Below, one piece after another: positions 13,401 to 28,400 of a stretch of DNA of 64,000 nt. Numbering within the stretch: the first letter of the stretch is position 1; every line of letters starts with the position of its first letter. This DNA comes from Gordius albopunctatus (lineage: Eukaryota), in assembly GCA_964276515.1 (NCBI GenBank), contig OZ193909.1, forward strand, positions 13,330,001 to 13,394,000, in the 5' to 3' direction. Under the pieces are notes generated by a model, which had not been told where the DNA came from, did no database searches, and was given only the letters and a program-made list of their open reading frames with translations. Made by a program: the position numbers and the translations under genes.

Positions 13401-16400
13401 ATATATAAAATTTTTTTGCAAACTTTAATTGTTCCTAAGGGATTAATTAAACGATACTGCTTTTGCTTTGATTTGGGGATGATGACAATTGGCTCAAAGT
13501 CGATTGTTGCGACTATTTTTGCATGAAAGTTTGTTAAAGACGGATGCTTATATAATATTTTGCTTTAAACTTTACCTCGTTTGGCATGGGCGTAGCCAAG
13601 GGGGCAGGGCGGCCGCCCTCGCTAAATGACAAAAAAAAATTTCAATACAAAAACCTTTAAAAATCAAAAAAAATATGTTTTGCCCCCCCAACCCCCCGCC
13701 CTAATCCAAAACTTGACTACGCACATTTCGTTTGGTCTAATAAATCATAATCAAATCACTGTCACCTTGATTTGACTATCCGTTGGTCAGGTTATATTAA
13801 TATGGTGTTCGAAGGGTGGGGAGTGAATGCCCTTGAAGTCGAAAGTTCCGATCTTTGGATTGCTGTCATTTTAAACTTGGTACTTTTACATAATATTGTA
13901 ACTTTAACCCGTAAATTGCTGTGGCAATTTTATTATTTGCTTTGTGGCCATAAATATATATTGGTAAAATGTATGCAAACCGCTGGCGAGGAAATCTCTC
14001 TTGAAACGATATCGCCTTTTTAATTTGATTAGTTCAATCTGCTTCCCCACCCTTTCCCTTAACATTTATTGAGGAATTCCGTATTAAAACCCACGACAAA
14101 TATAATTGAAATTTGCGAGCTGGCCGAATTATCGTGAATTTTTGCATCAACACAGAGGGTGGAGGAATCCCATTAAAAGGCAGAATTTATCGATTTATAC
14201 TGCCGCAGGCTACTTCTCTCAGCGCAACGACGCTTTTTATTTTATAATAAAAAACAACTATACAAGTGTACTCTTAATCCTTTTAGCAGAATGGCTATCG
14301 CATAACATTGTTGATATACATGGGCCTAGCCAGGGGGGTGGGTACAGGGAGGGGCGACTGTCCCCCTCTAAATCCAAAAATTTGTTGAAATAAAATCAAG
14401 GCTAAAATTTCAAAAAATGATGATCATTTAGCCCCTCCCTAAATCATTATTGCCCGCCCCCTCTGTTGATATAATTTTGAATGTTTGGAAATTGACGAAG
14501 CATATAAGAATTCATATTTCCCCACCCAAAATCTATTATTAACAAAAACCTTCATTTTGCCCTGTGTATCCTAAAGAGTTCTTCCTTATTGAAATTCATG
14601 ATATTGAGGGGCCAGCGCTATTTTTACATGAGCAAATATATCGATTCCAGGCTACGATAAGCAGTCAACTTGTCAACAACGCATTAAATCTTTCTCCCTT
14701 CTTTCTTAGCTAAGTCAAAGAGAGAGAATGAGAAATATGACTGGGCCCATCCATCATTTTTAGCAGGCTGCTGGGCCTTGGGGCTGTTTTAACCCTTTTT
14801 CCATTTTGTTGTTGTGTTGTAAGATGTGTGAAATATTAATAAAGGCAGACTGACGCCCTCGATATTGTTTGATCAGAGGATATCTCATCGTGAAGTTTTA
14901 TTTTTTTGGCTGAAAGGATTTAGTTAACGTCAAAATTTATTTATGGGATTGCTGGGGGGGGGCGTAACTCACGTTACAGACGTTTTCTATCATGATTTCT
15001 GAAATAAGCATGTTTGTGTTTTAATCGTATAAAAAATGGTCAGAACTCGGCCACATGTCTTGCCAACATTTAATGCTCCTGTTCTATTAGAACCCTAAAT
15101 AAATGTTTTGATCTCTTGCAAGTTTCGTATAGTAAGATATTTGCTTTCTTTTTATTGCTGACATAGAAAATTATATTCCTATTAGAGGTGTGCACGGATC
15201 AAATTTTTTTGATCCGATCCGAGGGGTTTTTGAAAAATTTCATATCCATCCGATCCGATCCAAGTTTTGACGGATCGGATTGATCCGTGCACACCTCTAA
15301 TTCCTATCTTTAGTTATTTGACGAAATTTAAAACTATGATCGAAAATTGCTATTTAGTCGAAGTAGATATTTACTCTCTTTTTATAGCTGGCACAGAAAA
15401 TAGTAATTCTGGCTTTGGTTATTTGACCAATATTTATCCTTTGATCATAAATTGATATTTATCATCAGTACCCGGCCCCAAAAATATATATAAATATATT
15501 TTTTAACGTTAATATGTCTGGGCTCTAATGAAGAATTGCCTTCTAAAAATCGAGAAAGTCAAAGTTAATTATGCATTAAAAGAGCCACATTTAGTCGAGC
15601 TTAAATATTAGATCCGTCTCCCTAAAAACCAGATATAATACACTGTTTAAATCTAGTGCCTGTGAGATTTTTGATTGCATTGACTTTACAAATCAGCTTA
15701 GGTTTTTGCTGTTAAATTTTGTACGAACGCGTGAAAATTTGGCGATATCCTGGTACACATTGTACGACACTAGAGCGGCGTCTCGCAAAGAATTTCCCTA
15801 TTTAGGCCCTAGGCTTAGCGCCTTTTCATAAAAATTACCTTTCATCTAAATTCTCCAACCTTTTGACCAGAAATTAAATGTAAAATTTCAAGACTTTAAT
15901 CGTCGTGCAATTACTCAATCACAATGCAGCTTTATGGTAAAGAAGGCATAAAGTTTTTTGGCCAATATAATCGATTGCCTTTGTGTGTGTGGCCGAAAAA
16001 GGCCTTAAGTGCCGGCGACCGTGTTATTAGGAAAAAAGGGATTAATGCATTTAAAGCTGCAGACTGGCACTTGATTCAAAGTCTTTACACCCTATTTAGG
16101 GCACTTGTCGAGATCTAAGTCAAGCAAATATATTTTTCATGCATTCTTCGGCAAATGTTTTAAGAGCACAAATGATTAACAAATTATTCAACGTCACCAA
16201 ACCCCCGGGCATTCGTATCCACTTCTTCAAAAACTTCACTATTATTTTTTGAGTCTTTTTATCTGAACAAGAAACGACACCTATACCAACACACACCCAC
16301 CCACCCGCATTTCGCCTTGACCATGATGACGCAATTATAATATCACGCGATCCCATTCCCATCATGATTCAACGAGTGTAATGAATGCTCACACCCCCGT

Positions 16401-19400
16401 TCATTTCATTTCTTGAACAGCATTCATCACGTCACGTCACGATTACGCCACTCGAAAAGTCCTCAACAAGCCTCGCAGCGCAGACCTATTTATTATTATG
16501 CTACCAGAGATATTACTCATTATTACCTGCTACTGCTACCCCTTTCTCGGGGGAGAGGGGGGGGGGACACAGTGCAAAAAAGAGATTATTTTACCCCCCC
16601 CCCCCTTTTCTTCTTTTACAGCCCCCTCCCCTCTGCTTTAATTCTTTCTTGCCTCCTCGCGAACGTGTGTTTGCTGGTGGTGGTATCGAAGTCTCGTCCC
16701 TTCTCGAATCACTGCGTTTTAAGGACTTTCTTTTCTACTACTAAGGTCTTCTTTTTAATAGTGGAGTTGAAATGTGATGATAGAAATGAATGAATGAATG
16801 GGTGGGTGTTACTGAACTTATAAATAATACGTCTTGTGCCCCCCTGCCCCTCGTTTAATTACAGGGGCAGGGCAAGTCGTTATTGGTGTTGTCGTACTAG
16901 TCTAGTAGAACATTTTATGTAGTGCTGAACGATAAATGATAATTATTATTGTCTTGTTCGTGAAACCGGCCACTTTGGCCAAGCGGTGGGTGATTAATGC
17001 GATTTACGGTAATCCTTAGCACGAGATCACCATATTGGATGGAGATAGTGGAAGTTGAATTCAGTTTTGTGAGGCGAGCCATATTGAACCCACCTCCAAT
17101 TTTTCATAGTTTGCGTTATATGTGTTTAATTTGAAATTAAGAAATCGCATCGTTGCATAAGTGAAAGTTTTGGGGAAAGATACAAAACCCAATATTTGGG
17201 AACCAAAAGTTATCATATCACTTAATTTCTATGGTTTAGGCCCGTAGAGCCTCAAATGTTTAGCCTTTCCTTCCATGGTGGGGGGCTTTAAGGAGCTAAA
17301 CGAAAAATTGCAACCATCATTCCGCTAAAGCAGGAGCGCCTTCCTTGATTACTTTGGATTTAATTTGTGGGGTTTATGTGATGTATACGTGTATGTTTTA
17401 ATCCAAACGTCTGTAGGGAGCGACACCTGCTGTTTTACTCGTAACAATGGTATTCGCTGAAATGCTGCTGCGGTTCGTTCTTCTAATTGCTATGCTATTT
17501 ACGGTATATTACATGGTTGAATGTTTACCACTTCACTTTCGATAAACCTGTCAATATTTGGGCTCGCATATCTCCTTTAATAACCACAAATCAATAAGCT
17601 TATTATAATAATATGTAAAGTAAGGGGGGGGGAGGGTCGAGGAGTCAAATTACAATTATGACAATATGGTCCACCACCACATGGTTAATGTCCGGGGCCA
17701 GTGTACCAGGTGGGTGTCCGACAATATTAACATCACTCTCTTCTGAGTAATGTTGTTACATGGCATACTCATTTTTGTTTTCATTAAATTGGATTAGATG
17801 TCATTGAATTAATTGCATCGATTTTGCCTTTAAAATTTAATAGGTTTACCCCAAATTTTTGCTCCCCCCCCCCTTTCTATGTAGAGTCGACAAAAGGGTA
17901 CCAAGGAAAATCATTTAATTTTGCAATCTATTTGGACATTTTTTGTGATTATAGAATCTGAACGTTTTTAAGCGACTAAAATTCAGGCTAAACCAGTCTT
18001 AGGTCTTTTTCTTCAAACTTTAAAAGATATTATATTATTTTTAAAAAATTTTTGTTTTAGAGAGAGTCTTAAATAAATTCCTAAAAATTTTGAGCATTTG
18101 ATTGTGCAAAAATAGGACCTGATTTATATGGGCAAACCAATAATAATCAACTATAGTTGTAACTAAAATCAAATTTTTCTAAAATGGGAAATTATCAGTT
18201 GTCCTTCTTGCCAAAGGTGTGCATGGGCCTAGCCAGGATTTGAATTAGAGGGGGGGGCAACAATGATTAAAGAAGGGGTAAAATAATTTTTCTGACATTT
18301 GCTCCACAATTATATTATACTTTAAATTTAGAGGGTGCCAGCCTCCCCTCCCTCCACCCCTTGGATACGCCCACCTAGGTGTGGTGTGTAGTATGTTTGA
18401 AGTACTCTATTGCTAAATAAATGTGTGTCAAATGCATCAAACTTGGATGTGAAGTCTTGCGAAACATCTTTTGCTCTACTGGCGCCCACCACCCACACTT
18501 TGCAAGGGGTTTTTTTAATATGTCTACTCGAATTTGTCCAATAGGTAGTAGAGCTGAAATTCGTTAGTCCCACTCTTCTATATACCACCCTAATTCTTCC
18601 GCTAACTTATTTAAGAATTTCTACTTCATTTTTTTTCCTAAAATTTTTAAGAATATTACTAATGTACTTTTCTAAAATTATACATTTCGATTTAGGTATC
18701 TGGTAATAACTAGACCAGGGTATTTTTGAGTGGACGCCCAGATCATAAGTTTACTCCCATTTACTTTTTTGAAAGATGTTTACTAAATCTGGCAGCAATT
18801 TGAAGGTACCTGTCGGAATTTAGACACAATTATATATTTGGATCAATTGCAATTTTTTTAATATTAGGGCTAAACAACGATAAACATTTCTACCCTCACT
18901 TGATATAGTAGCTAAAGCGCCTTAGGCATTAAATTGTCACAGAATTCGTGAATTCCTGCTCCCTTTTTAATCTCTCCCCCCCCCCCTTCCTTCCTTCCTC
19001 GCCTAGCCTTTCTTTGTGTGCCACTTGTTGTTGAAAGCTAATCGAACGAGATCCAGGTAGCAGCTACTTGCTGCCACCACCTCGCCATAACTAGGCTAGG
19101 GGACTCGTCGTTACTTTCTAAAACAATAGCTGAATGACGTGCTTGCTTTTCCATTCATTCACATTAATTTCACATACCTCCTATATCCTGTCCAACTTGT
19201 GATTATGTAATAATTGCCGTGGAAACTTCTTATACGTGTTTTTAATGGCTGCTGTGGGCATATGCTTCTGCTGGTTGGCTCTGATTTTTTCGACCTATGA
19301 CTTTATAAGGGGATATTTGCGAAACTGGCTAAATAATTTCCTGCAAATTAATTATGACCGCTACTTATTTCTAATTTGTTCGACCCTGGCTCGAGGCCAA

Positions 19401-22400
19401 AATTCTTAATTGCTATTTATTTTTGTTTATAAATTTTTTTGCCTTTTTGTTTAGATTGTATTAGTGATGGGGAAATAGCGTTTTTAAGGAGCTATAGCAC
19501 ATAGCAACCATATGCCGCTATGTCTACTAGCACAAAGTCACTTTAAGTGCTATAAGCTATAGGAGATGGGAGGTTTGAGGCGCTAAAGCTATAGCCGATA
19601 GCACTTAAATGTGCTAGAGCTACAGCACGGCGCTAACATTGAGAATAATTTTTTTAATTGTTTATTAGATATTAAAATACAATAACATGGGTGAGTACGC
19701 ACAACTGTTTTCATTGAAATTATTATTATCAATGTTAGCGCCGTGCTATAGCGCATTTAAGTGCTATAGCTTTAGCGCCTCAAACTTCCCATCTCCTATA
19801 GCTTATAGCACTTAAAGTGACTGTGTTAGTAGACATAGCGTATTTAACCCTCGAAAGTATTCCTGAAAATCCCGAACGCGAGAGTATTCGTGGGGTATAA
19901 CTTTACCCCACTGTTTTACTTCTCATAACTTTCAAAGTTTTCTTTTAAAATTTTTCAAATTTTAAACATGTGTTTTTAAAGGTCTTAAGATTGCTGGTAT
20001 AAATTTTGATATAAATCTAATCAACATTACAAAATTTATTAACAATTTTCTGGACCCCCATTTTTATTTTGTTTATTTTAGAGTTTCCCTTCATTTTACT
20101 TCTTGACGTCATATACCTTAAAATAAATCAAAACAAAAGTGATTTTTTATTAAAAGAATGTTCAAATTGTATTAAAACACAAATTGTAAAGGATATCATC
20201 AAACAAAAAAAATACATACATTTTTTCCAACAGAAAACAACTTAAGAGCATTGAGCCAAAAAAGCTTCTATATTTTAAAAAGTATTAAGTTAAAACCTAT
20301 GAAATTTTCACCTTACCTAGTTCTTGATAAAATATTAAGCTACTGAAAATACCAAATTTATTAGACTTAAATTGCGTTTTATATTTTAATTTATAATTTG
20401 CGTGGGGTATAGAAATACCCCACGAATACTCTCGCGGGTTAATAGGCTATTCCCATCAGCGGGGAGAGGTGCTAAGCGTTTTCCCATCACTAGGTTGTAT
20501 AACGGTTTATCGATCGAAATTTGACAGATTTCAATAATTTTGCGTTTTAAAAAGTTTTTTACTCAGAAAACGACCCAGTCAAACTTTGTATTTTTGCTAC
20601 TGAGCTTGGGTCTTGGTTAAATGAGGCCAAATATGCCATATTTAAACATTAATAAAGGACTGCCAAAACAAATTATTTCCAGGAATTTACTTTGCAGAAC
20701 TTAAGTAAATGCAATCTTTCAAAATTCATGTTTCAATAACTTTTATCCCACTTTGAGGCTACACGATTTAGGGGATTGGTTGGGCCTGGACTTAGTTGGG
20801 ATCTGAATTTAGGTTAATTACGCAGGTCAAAATGATAATATTTTAAAATTTAAAACAATTCTACTTAATAAAGGATAAATCAAGGGATTATATTATATAC
20901 GGGCTTTTCGTAAAAACAATACTTCGCTGCCTCAACTTGTTTAGGAGGCTCTGTAAATTAGTTTGAATTTAGAGTCCAAGACTCAGGCGCACACAATAAA
21001 GTATGAGTTTCGATTGATTAATGTGTTTGCTTTTAACTACTGTTAAGATGTAAACTCAAATCCCCCAATGAAAAATGATCCTACGTTGACGTTACTTCTT
21101 TCCACCCACTATTGTTCCATTTTAAATTTGTTGTAATTCATGAATGTCTAAATAATGACAAAAGCTCTACACTGCCCTGACCATCGTTGGTTCCATTATG
21201 CCCTCCAAGAACCGCAAAAATAAACACGTGTTCATTTATTTATCTATCATTATCATCACGGATTCACCCCAAAGATTCCCCCCCCCCATCATGTCCCACT
21301 ATTAAACAACGGGAATTTTGGGGGGTTTTCGCCCTCGCCCAAATCATACTACGTGAAGGAGGAGCGACTCTAGTGTGTGGCGGTGCATGATAATTATTAA
21401 TTTTTAATGAAAAATGCTGTTTAGTCAATGATGTATATCTCGGACTCCTAGCTAGGTAATACATCGTTGACCACCAAGAGTCCCTGTAAGGACGGCGACC
21501 AAAAACATCTTGCTCCCTCCCACCTATGTTAGGCTAGATGTCACCTTTATTATTTCACTACTATGCACATAAGCCTTCTCCTGTTGTTATTATTAATTTT
21601 ATATTAAAAGATCGATAACATTGTTTGTTTTTTTGGCATACTATGAACTGCTTCACCCTCCACAACTGTGGTCATATCGGGTTTAATAAGATTTGAGACT
21701 CGGACGTTACTGGGGTGTGAATTGCAAAAAACAAATTTAAATCACATTTTTATTAAATTACAAAGATTTTTTAGGATTTTGCAACGGGGGGTCCCTTAGT
21801 TCCCCCCCCCCTCCCCTTGCCTTAGTGCAGCTTGGTTTAAAAATTGTCATACAATATTTAAATAAACGTTTGAGGGGGGTATATATGTGAGAGCGCCTAT
21901 CAAATTGTTAGCTATTTTTCACACCTAGCCGTTAAAAAGTGTAGTTTTGATTATACGCCGCACAATGGGCCATAAATTTGAGGAGAAATTGGTGGTGGGT
22001 CGGTCCATTAAAATTTGGAGCCTTTTTATGTGACTTGAATAAGTTGGGCACGCATTCATTTCGCGCACTTCAATTCATTTTGCTCTCACTGCCCACTTTT
22101 ACGACCTTAATTCATATTATTGATTTGACTCCTTCCCGGGGCTCCACTTGTATTGTGACCCGAAATGGGCATTACAAAGGAAATGTTGTCTAGCCGATGC
22201 AACTTTTAACAGCAATTACCCAAGAGCATGAATATTACACTCACTTGTTCTCCATTAATATTCTGCATGTGTGAAATTTAAATCAGCTAAAAAACATTTG
22301 ACACTTGGCTAAATTTCGGACTACACTAATTCTGATTATTGCAATACCAGAATTTTAAGCTTTTTCCACGGGAGGATTCACTCAATTTGGTCTTCCTTAA

Positions 22401-25400
22401 ATTGTTAGGCCTCGAAATAAATATTTTGGAATATGGAATGTAACTTAATATTTGTGTCATTTTTTCGAAACCCTTTAACTTTTAAATTAATACTTTATGA
22501 GGGATTATTCATTAATTTGTTGAATAAGAGGTAATTCAAAGCCGATCAGGTCGCTCCACGAGGATGAATCCTGTGATGCCTTCAAGCTCCATATATATAC
22601 TGTGTCTATTTTATAATCTTTATATCTTGTCCTAAATTAATAAAATTACTAAATATAAAAAATACAGAATTTGAATGCAATATAATTTTTTCATATTTTA
22701 ATCTCAAAATTCATCCTTAATTTTTCCTATTTTCGCTTTGGCCACCACTATAACAGGACGGAGAGTTTTATGGCGTCATGCGGTTTTACTTCCAAGAAGA
22801 GGGTGAAAAAGTGGCGACCAAATGTATTAGGGTAACAAGTACGGCCACAGCTATCCAAGTCATCAATACTTTGATCGAAAAGTTTAGACCCGACATGAAA
22901 CTCCTAACCCGTTCCCGCTATTCCCTATACGAAGTTCATGTGAACGGAGGTGCTTTGCAATTTTGAGAAATAATACACATCAAAAATTGCTTGTATTTTA
23001 TTGATCTTTTTTTTTAAAGTTTTTCCTCTCTGCTGATTTGGAGGTAATATTAATTGATTATTTTACAGGCTTTAGCTTCTATTTTGTCACTATTATCATG
23101 CCGAGAAGTTAGCCTGGATTTGAATTAAAGAGTTTGGCAAAGAATTTGTGAGAATTTGAGAAGTGGTTGGCTGGACACTAGTTTTGTAAAAGCTGCTGGT
23201 TTTTGTTGTGTCGATCTTTGGGTTTAGTCGAATCAACATTCGCGCAAACCTAAATTATTTTTGTATTTCATTCGTTTAAAGATGAAAAGAAGATAGAAGA
23301 TGACGAAAAACCGTTGCTCGTGCAACTCAATTGGAACAAGGATGACCGAGAGGGACGGTTTTTGCTTAAACGAGAAAATGAAAAGTCAAAAGTACATACG
23401 ACGACCATCGTTATCTTTTATACTATATGATTATAATTTTGGCTTTAAGTGGCATTTCCAATAAGCCATTATATCAAAAACTCTTTTCCATTCTATCATT
23501 ACTCCCTTGGCTGACCTGAAGTTTTAGAATTAGTAGAGACTTTGCAGGTGCAAAAAATTTCTAATTTACAATTAATAAACTTTTTAATTGTAGTAGTAGC
23601 GATTTTTATTCATTTCTAATTTGATGTCATATGTTTATGTCACTAAAAATTATTATTTGTTCTACACATAAAGCTCACGTTCATATAGTATGTAAGGATA
23701 CTGAGCCATAATGTGACGCCGACAATTTTTTTTGTCCTTAGCTTTAAATATCTCACCCGCATAATTATTTTAAGCAATCTGCCTACTCTCAAAACTTTAT
23801 CAGCATTCCACTATTAATCAGTCCCAGGGATTTGCGAGATAAATTTGCACGGACCTAACCTCGAGGGAATTTTAAAGAAATAAATAATGATTTAATTGAC
23901 TATATAACATAAATGTTCGTTTAATTTATTAATTTAAGTTATATTTATGGTATTAAAAGCTATTTTTTTATAACAGTTATTAAATTATTTGCTGATAAAT
24001 TGTATTCACTCGTGCGAGATGAGATTTATTATTAGGATTACGCTGGAACTTAGAAAGGTTTATAAAACGTTTTTTACCCCATTTTTTGACAAGAAATCAT
24101 CTAACGGACATATTGCGAAGTAAAAATTTGTGAAACAGTCGATTATCTATTGTCGTGTCTATATATAACATTTTGCAGAAGATAATAATCCCCCCCCATT
24201 TTTTAGTGCCGCAACTAAAAAGATGGCGGATATATATAGTCAAATTAATTAAAATTTCCTTATAGATAGCGTTAATTAGAGTAAACTTTTAGGTTAATGG
24301 CGGCACTCCTAAATGGGGGCATTATTGTCTTCTGCAAAATATTAACAAAACAGCAATTTATTAATCGATTTCAAACCTATATATATATATATATATAACA
24401 TGTAAATCAATAATATTTCAGGTCGGTTTGGGAGATTCCTTTTACAGGGAAACGAGAGAAAAGGTGAAAGCTCCAGCCTCTAACACCTTTAAGAGACGCC
24501 TGTCTTCTTCCTCTTCTAAAAACAACAAGCACGACAAGAAAGATTCGTCCTGTAAGAAGCAACAACAGCGAGAAGCCAGTCGCCTGAATGAATCCACAAA
24601 TACTACAACCTCCGGTGTGGGTGATAAATTGTATGCCGCCCTGCCCGAAACTTGCTTCACTCGTAGCATTTCTAACCCCGAAGCCGTTATGAGACGCAGG
24701 CGAGCCCAAAAATTGGAAAAAAAGTTACGGGCCATTAATGCTACCGGCAATGGGTCCATCCTGAATGGCTCGATAAATGGATTATTACCCTGTCCCGACA
24801 AAGGTACACTCCAAATTTTTATATATTAGATTATTTTAATTTTTTACGTTATTTTAATTAATCGTATACTTTTTATTTAATTTCATATCCAACACTATCT
24901 AGGTTAGAATTTAAAATATTTGAGAAATTTGACTTGATTAATATTGTTGAAAATTAAAAATTATCATTTGGGAGAGGGCAGCTCTAATGATTCGGCACAT
25001 TGCCAGGCGGACACTTAGAAGGGTAGGCCGCGGAAAGGAATTTAGTTATATAAAAATATTAAACACCTTTATTTAACCCTCGAGATGGTTTTGCCACTTG
25101 ATTGCTAAACAATTGTTGACAAAGGTGGGACAGTCAAAATATACGGGGAGTCATTGCAAGCGGGGGTCCCTTACAAAACCCTTTTGTTAGCCATTACCGA
25201 TACAGCTGCTTACTGCGTCAAGGAAACATTGATCAAATATGGGATAACCGACGTAGATCCATCCGGATTTTGCCTCTACGAAGTTTGTCGCAAAAGAATC
25301 TTAATTTTGCTCAACCTTTTTTGAGTATTTTGAATGTCAAACAACATAGATAGCAGGCTTAAAGCTAATAAATAATGTCAAGCACTAATTTTTATAACTT

Positions 25401-28400
25401 TTTTGAAAATTTGCGAAAAAAATATATACTTTTTCACTTTTTATAATATTTCAATAAGCATGCTTAATAGTTTTTTTGAATGAGTCACTCGGGATAAAGT
25501 ATACCATTCGATTTGTCGAACTTAAAATGATAAATCGTAAAATTCTGATAAATTTATTCAATTTTTAAGTTTGGAAGTGTGGTGCTGCCTCGATGTTTTA
25601 TTTTTGATTAAACCTTTTTGCCAAACAATTAGACACTGTGACTAATCGTAAATCTTTTGTCACATAATTTTTAAGATTATAACGCGTGAAAAGGATTTTC
25701 TTTTTACTATATATATAAGACTTTTTGAATAAATTAAACTGCATAAAACTTAATCATCACAAACTAATTACAGTGGGTGTAGTTATTTTTAGTAATGCAA
25801 ATTAGAAAAATCCTCCAAAAAAGTATTAAGGTTTAGGTTACGGTCGAGTTATATTTTTTCACCAATAACAGGTACACTGCGCGGGAAATTACGAAGCAGG
25901 ATGTCCAAAGGGGCCTGAAGTGTTGAGGGAATACGCGCTAGGGGATCGTGAATGCCCGATCGCCCGTTTGATGCAGTACCAACAAGACAAAGGTTTAGCC
26001 ATGATTTTAATCATTCATTACATATATCACCTTTTCTCCTTTCATTTTACCATGCGAACCTATAAAGTGGTGGTGGTGGGCAACCTTTGTGCAAATACGC
26101 TGAGAATTGCCCATATGTTTTTCGCATTTTTAACACCACTACCCCCCTCCTTTAGTATGCGCGCAAATGTTACCCGGATCGTTACTTAGTTCGGTGCACG
26201 TACATATTCATTGCAATTTCAATGTTTCCCATCATCATCGTATTCTATATTCGGCTGGCAAAGGATGAAATTTGTGGGTAAAAAAGAAAGACACTCTAAA
26301 AAAGGTCATTCCTTTATTAATATTCGTTGTTTAAAAGCGATAGGTTGGGTTGATAAAACAGTACAGCTTTCGAGCAACGATTATTATGACAAAGGATTCA
26401 CAGTAACTAATCACTTCCAAGGGCGTAGTCAAGTGGGGGGGGGTACGGAGGGGCGGTTACCCCCCTCCAAATCCAAAACCTTATTGGAATTTATTAAAAT
26501 TATGGCTAAAATGTCAAAAAATGTTGATTTTGCCCCTCCCTAAATCATTATTGCCCCCCCCCCCCCCATCTAATTCCATTGCTAGCTTCGCCCATGATCA
26601 CTTCTATCTATATATTCCATCCAACCTTTTATGCTTTGCTTGTTTAGATAACGTTATATTCCGGATCGGTCGTAAACAATCGGCTAAAAACAACGAGTTA
26701 TCAAAGAACTGGGAGCCGGGATCGAACCAGCGAACCCAGAATCATGGCGAGCTCCCGAGTCCTCAATCATCGCCCGCTAAGAGCTTTACCTCCTCGCACC
26801 TCAGCGCGTCTACTACGGTCTCGAATCAACGCCTAAACAGCGTTGGGGTCCCAAAATACCCCAACTCGAGCGGGTCCGTTAGACTTGACGAAAGTACCGT
26901 CCTATACCAGGTTGATGATAGCTCCTTCTTCGATCAGACCCTAACTAATTCAACCCTCCATTGCCCCCGCGACCAAGCCGGTCCACAACACGTGAAAGAA
27001 AATGGATATCCCTTTTTGATCGAATTGCACAACGGTGATTATATTAAACCCCCCCCCCCCTTTTTAGGTTCAATTTCCTCTCAATAATTGTTTTTAAAAT
27101 GTTTATTATAAATAAAGGGTAAATGTATAATGGCAATAAAAAAGGATACAACGAAACGAAAATAGTATAATTTAAATGACAAAGAATTGCTCTCGTCGAG
27201 ATTTCCTAAGGTTTAGTTAAGTCACTCTTCAGTTAACCTCTCTCTGTACTAATAAGCTTAATTGCTATGCAATATATGTTTATTCTTGGGTCCATCTAGA
27301 GGCCTGCCTGCCAGCCAGGCAGCTTTTGGGCATTTGGTATATCATAAATAAGTATGGAGTACGCAAGGGCCATATAAAACTCTTAAAATCTAATTATCTA
27401 TTCTTAAATATTACAAAAATGGTCGTTAATGCCCGCGTGCCCTGAAAAAACACGTCCTATTACGCTTTTGATACATTTTTCATTTAAAATGTTTGGTGTT
27501 CTTCAGATGGTAGCGATATAACGGAGCGCAATCCCATGGTTTATCATTTAGCTTCCTTGGTTATTGAAATTGGGAGCGATGCTCCCCTAGATTCTGGCAG
27601 CCTCTATTTACAAGTACGCCATAGCTTTATAATTATCATACATTTTCATACTTATTTTAAAAGAATTTTTAAAATTTATTATTGCTTAATTTATAATAAA
27701 TAAGGTGAGGGTTCTCGCATTGTTGCCAAAATAAGGAAAAGGGTGGAAAATTAAAAATATGTTTTTGTTTTTTATGGCGTTTAATAAATGACGGTGTTAC
27801 CTAGAGGTGTTAAGGTTTTATCATTTGTACTAGTGATAGAGAAGTATAATCGAATCCTGATTTCACATAGCAACACTTTAGCCAGGTGTCATTTGAATTT
27901 CCGTTAAAAAAGTATCGCCGTAGCATTTACTGAAACATAAATAGTCATTTCTACCGATTATAGCTCAAAGGCCGAGACATCTACCCCAAGCATTGCATTT
28001 TGACCCGAACCACGCACCACGTCAGCTTAACTCCGTGCAGATCTGACGCCGCTATATGGATAGATGGGAAGGCGATCCACGAAAGCACGGTCCTCAAACA
28101 TGGCTCCTTGGTACGCCTGGGTAATGCCCATACTTTCCGGTTTTACGACCCTTCGATGGCGGAAACCATCAGCAAAGAAAGGTTAGTTAAAATATGCATG
28201 GGTGTTAGATTATACAGCGCACCGAGACTCTGCGCGGTATGACTCGAACTGAAATCAATTTGGAATTTATTATCCGGACCCGACTCGATCCGATATTGAT
28301 TTTTTGGACTCTACCATGGTGACGGCAGGTTGCGAAATGGTTTTATTTATCCATTATTTCATAAGTTACGATTCGCACCCCATGTCCGAATATAGTCATT

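Noticed and set aside
16120..16793. Overlapping 81-126 aa ORFs
   Set aside because: They arise from G/C homopolymer-rich non-coding DNA and have no domain or compatible splice model.
24407..24801. Minus-strand ORFs opposite afadin exon 4 (likewise 35661-35936, 42269-42844, 49557-49763, and 53048-53275 opposite the fucosyltransferase)
   Set aside because: Antisense shadows of real or probable coding exons.
26211..26647. ORFs with GGG.EGRLPPSKSK or poly-Pro peptides (also at 14106, 46969, 60361)
   Set aside because: The shared peptide is simply translation through CATGGGC-family MITE copies.
28197..28384. CATGGGTG...CACCCCATG bounded segment
   Set aside because: Probably an old MITE, but there is no TSD or second copy to support it.
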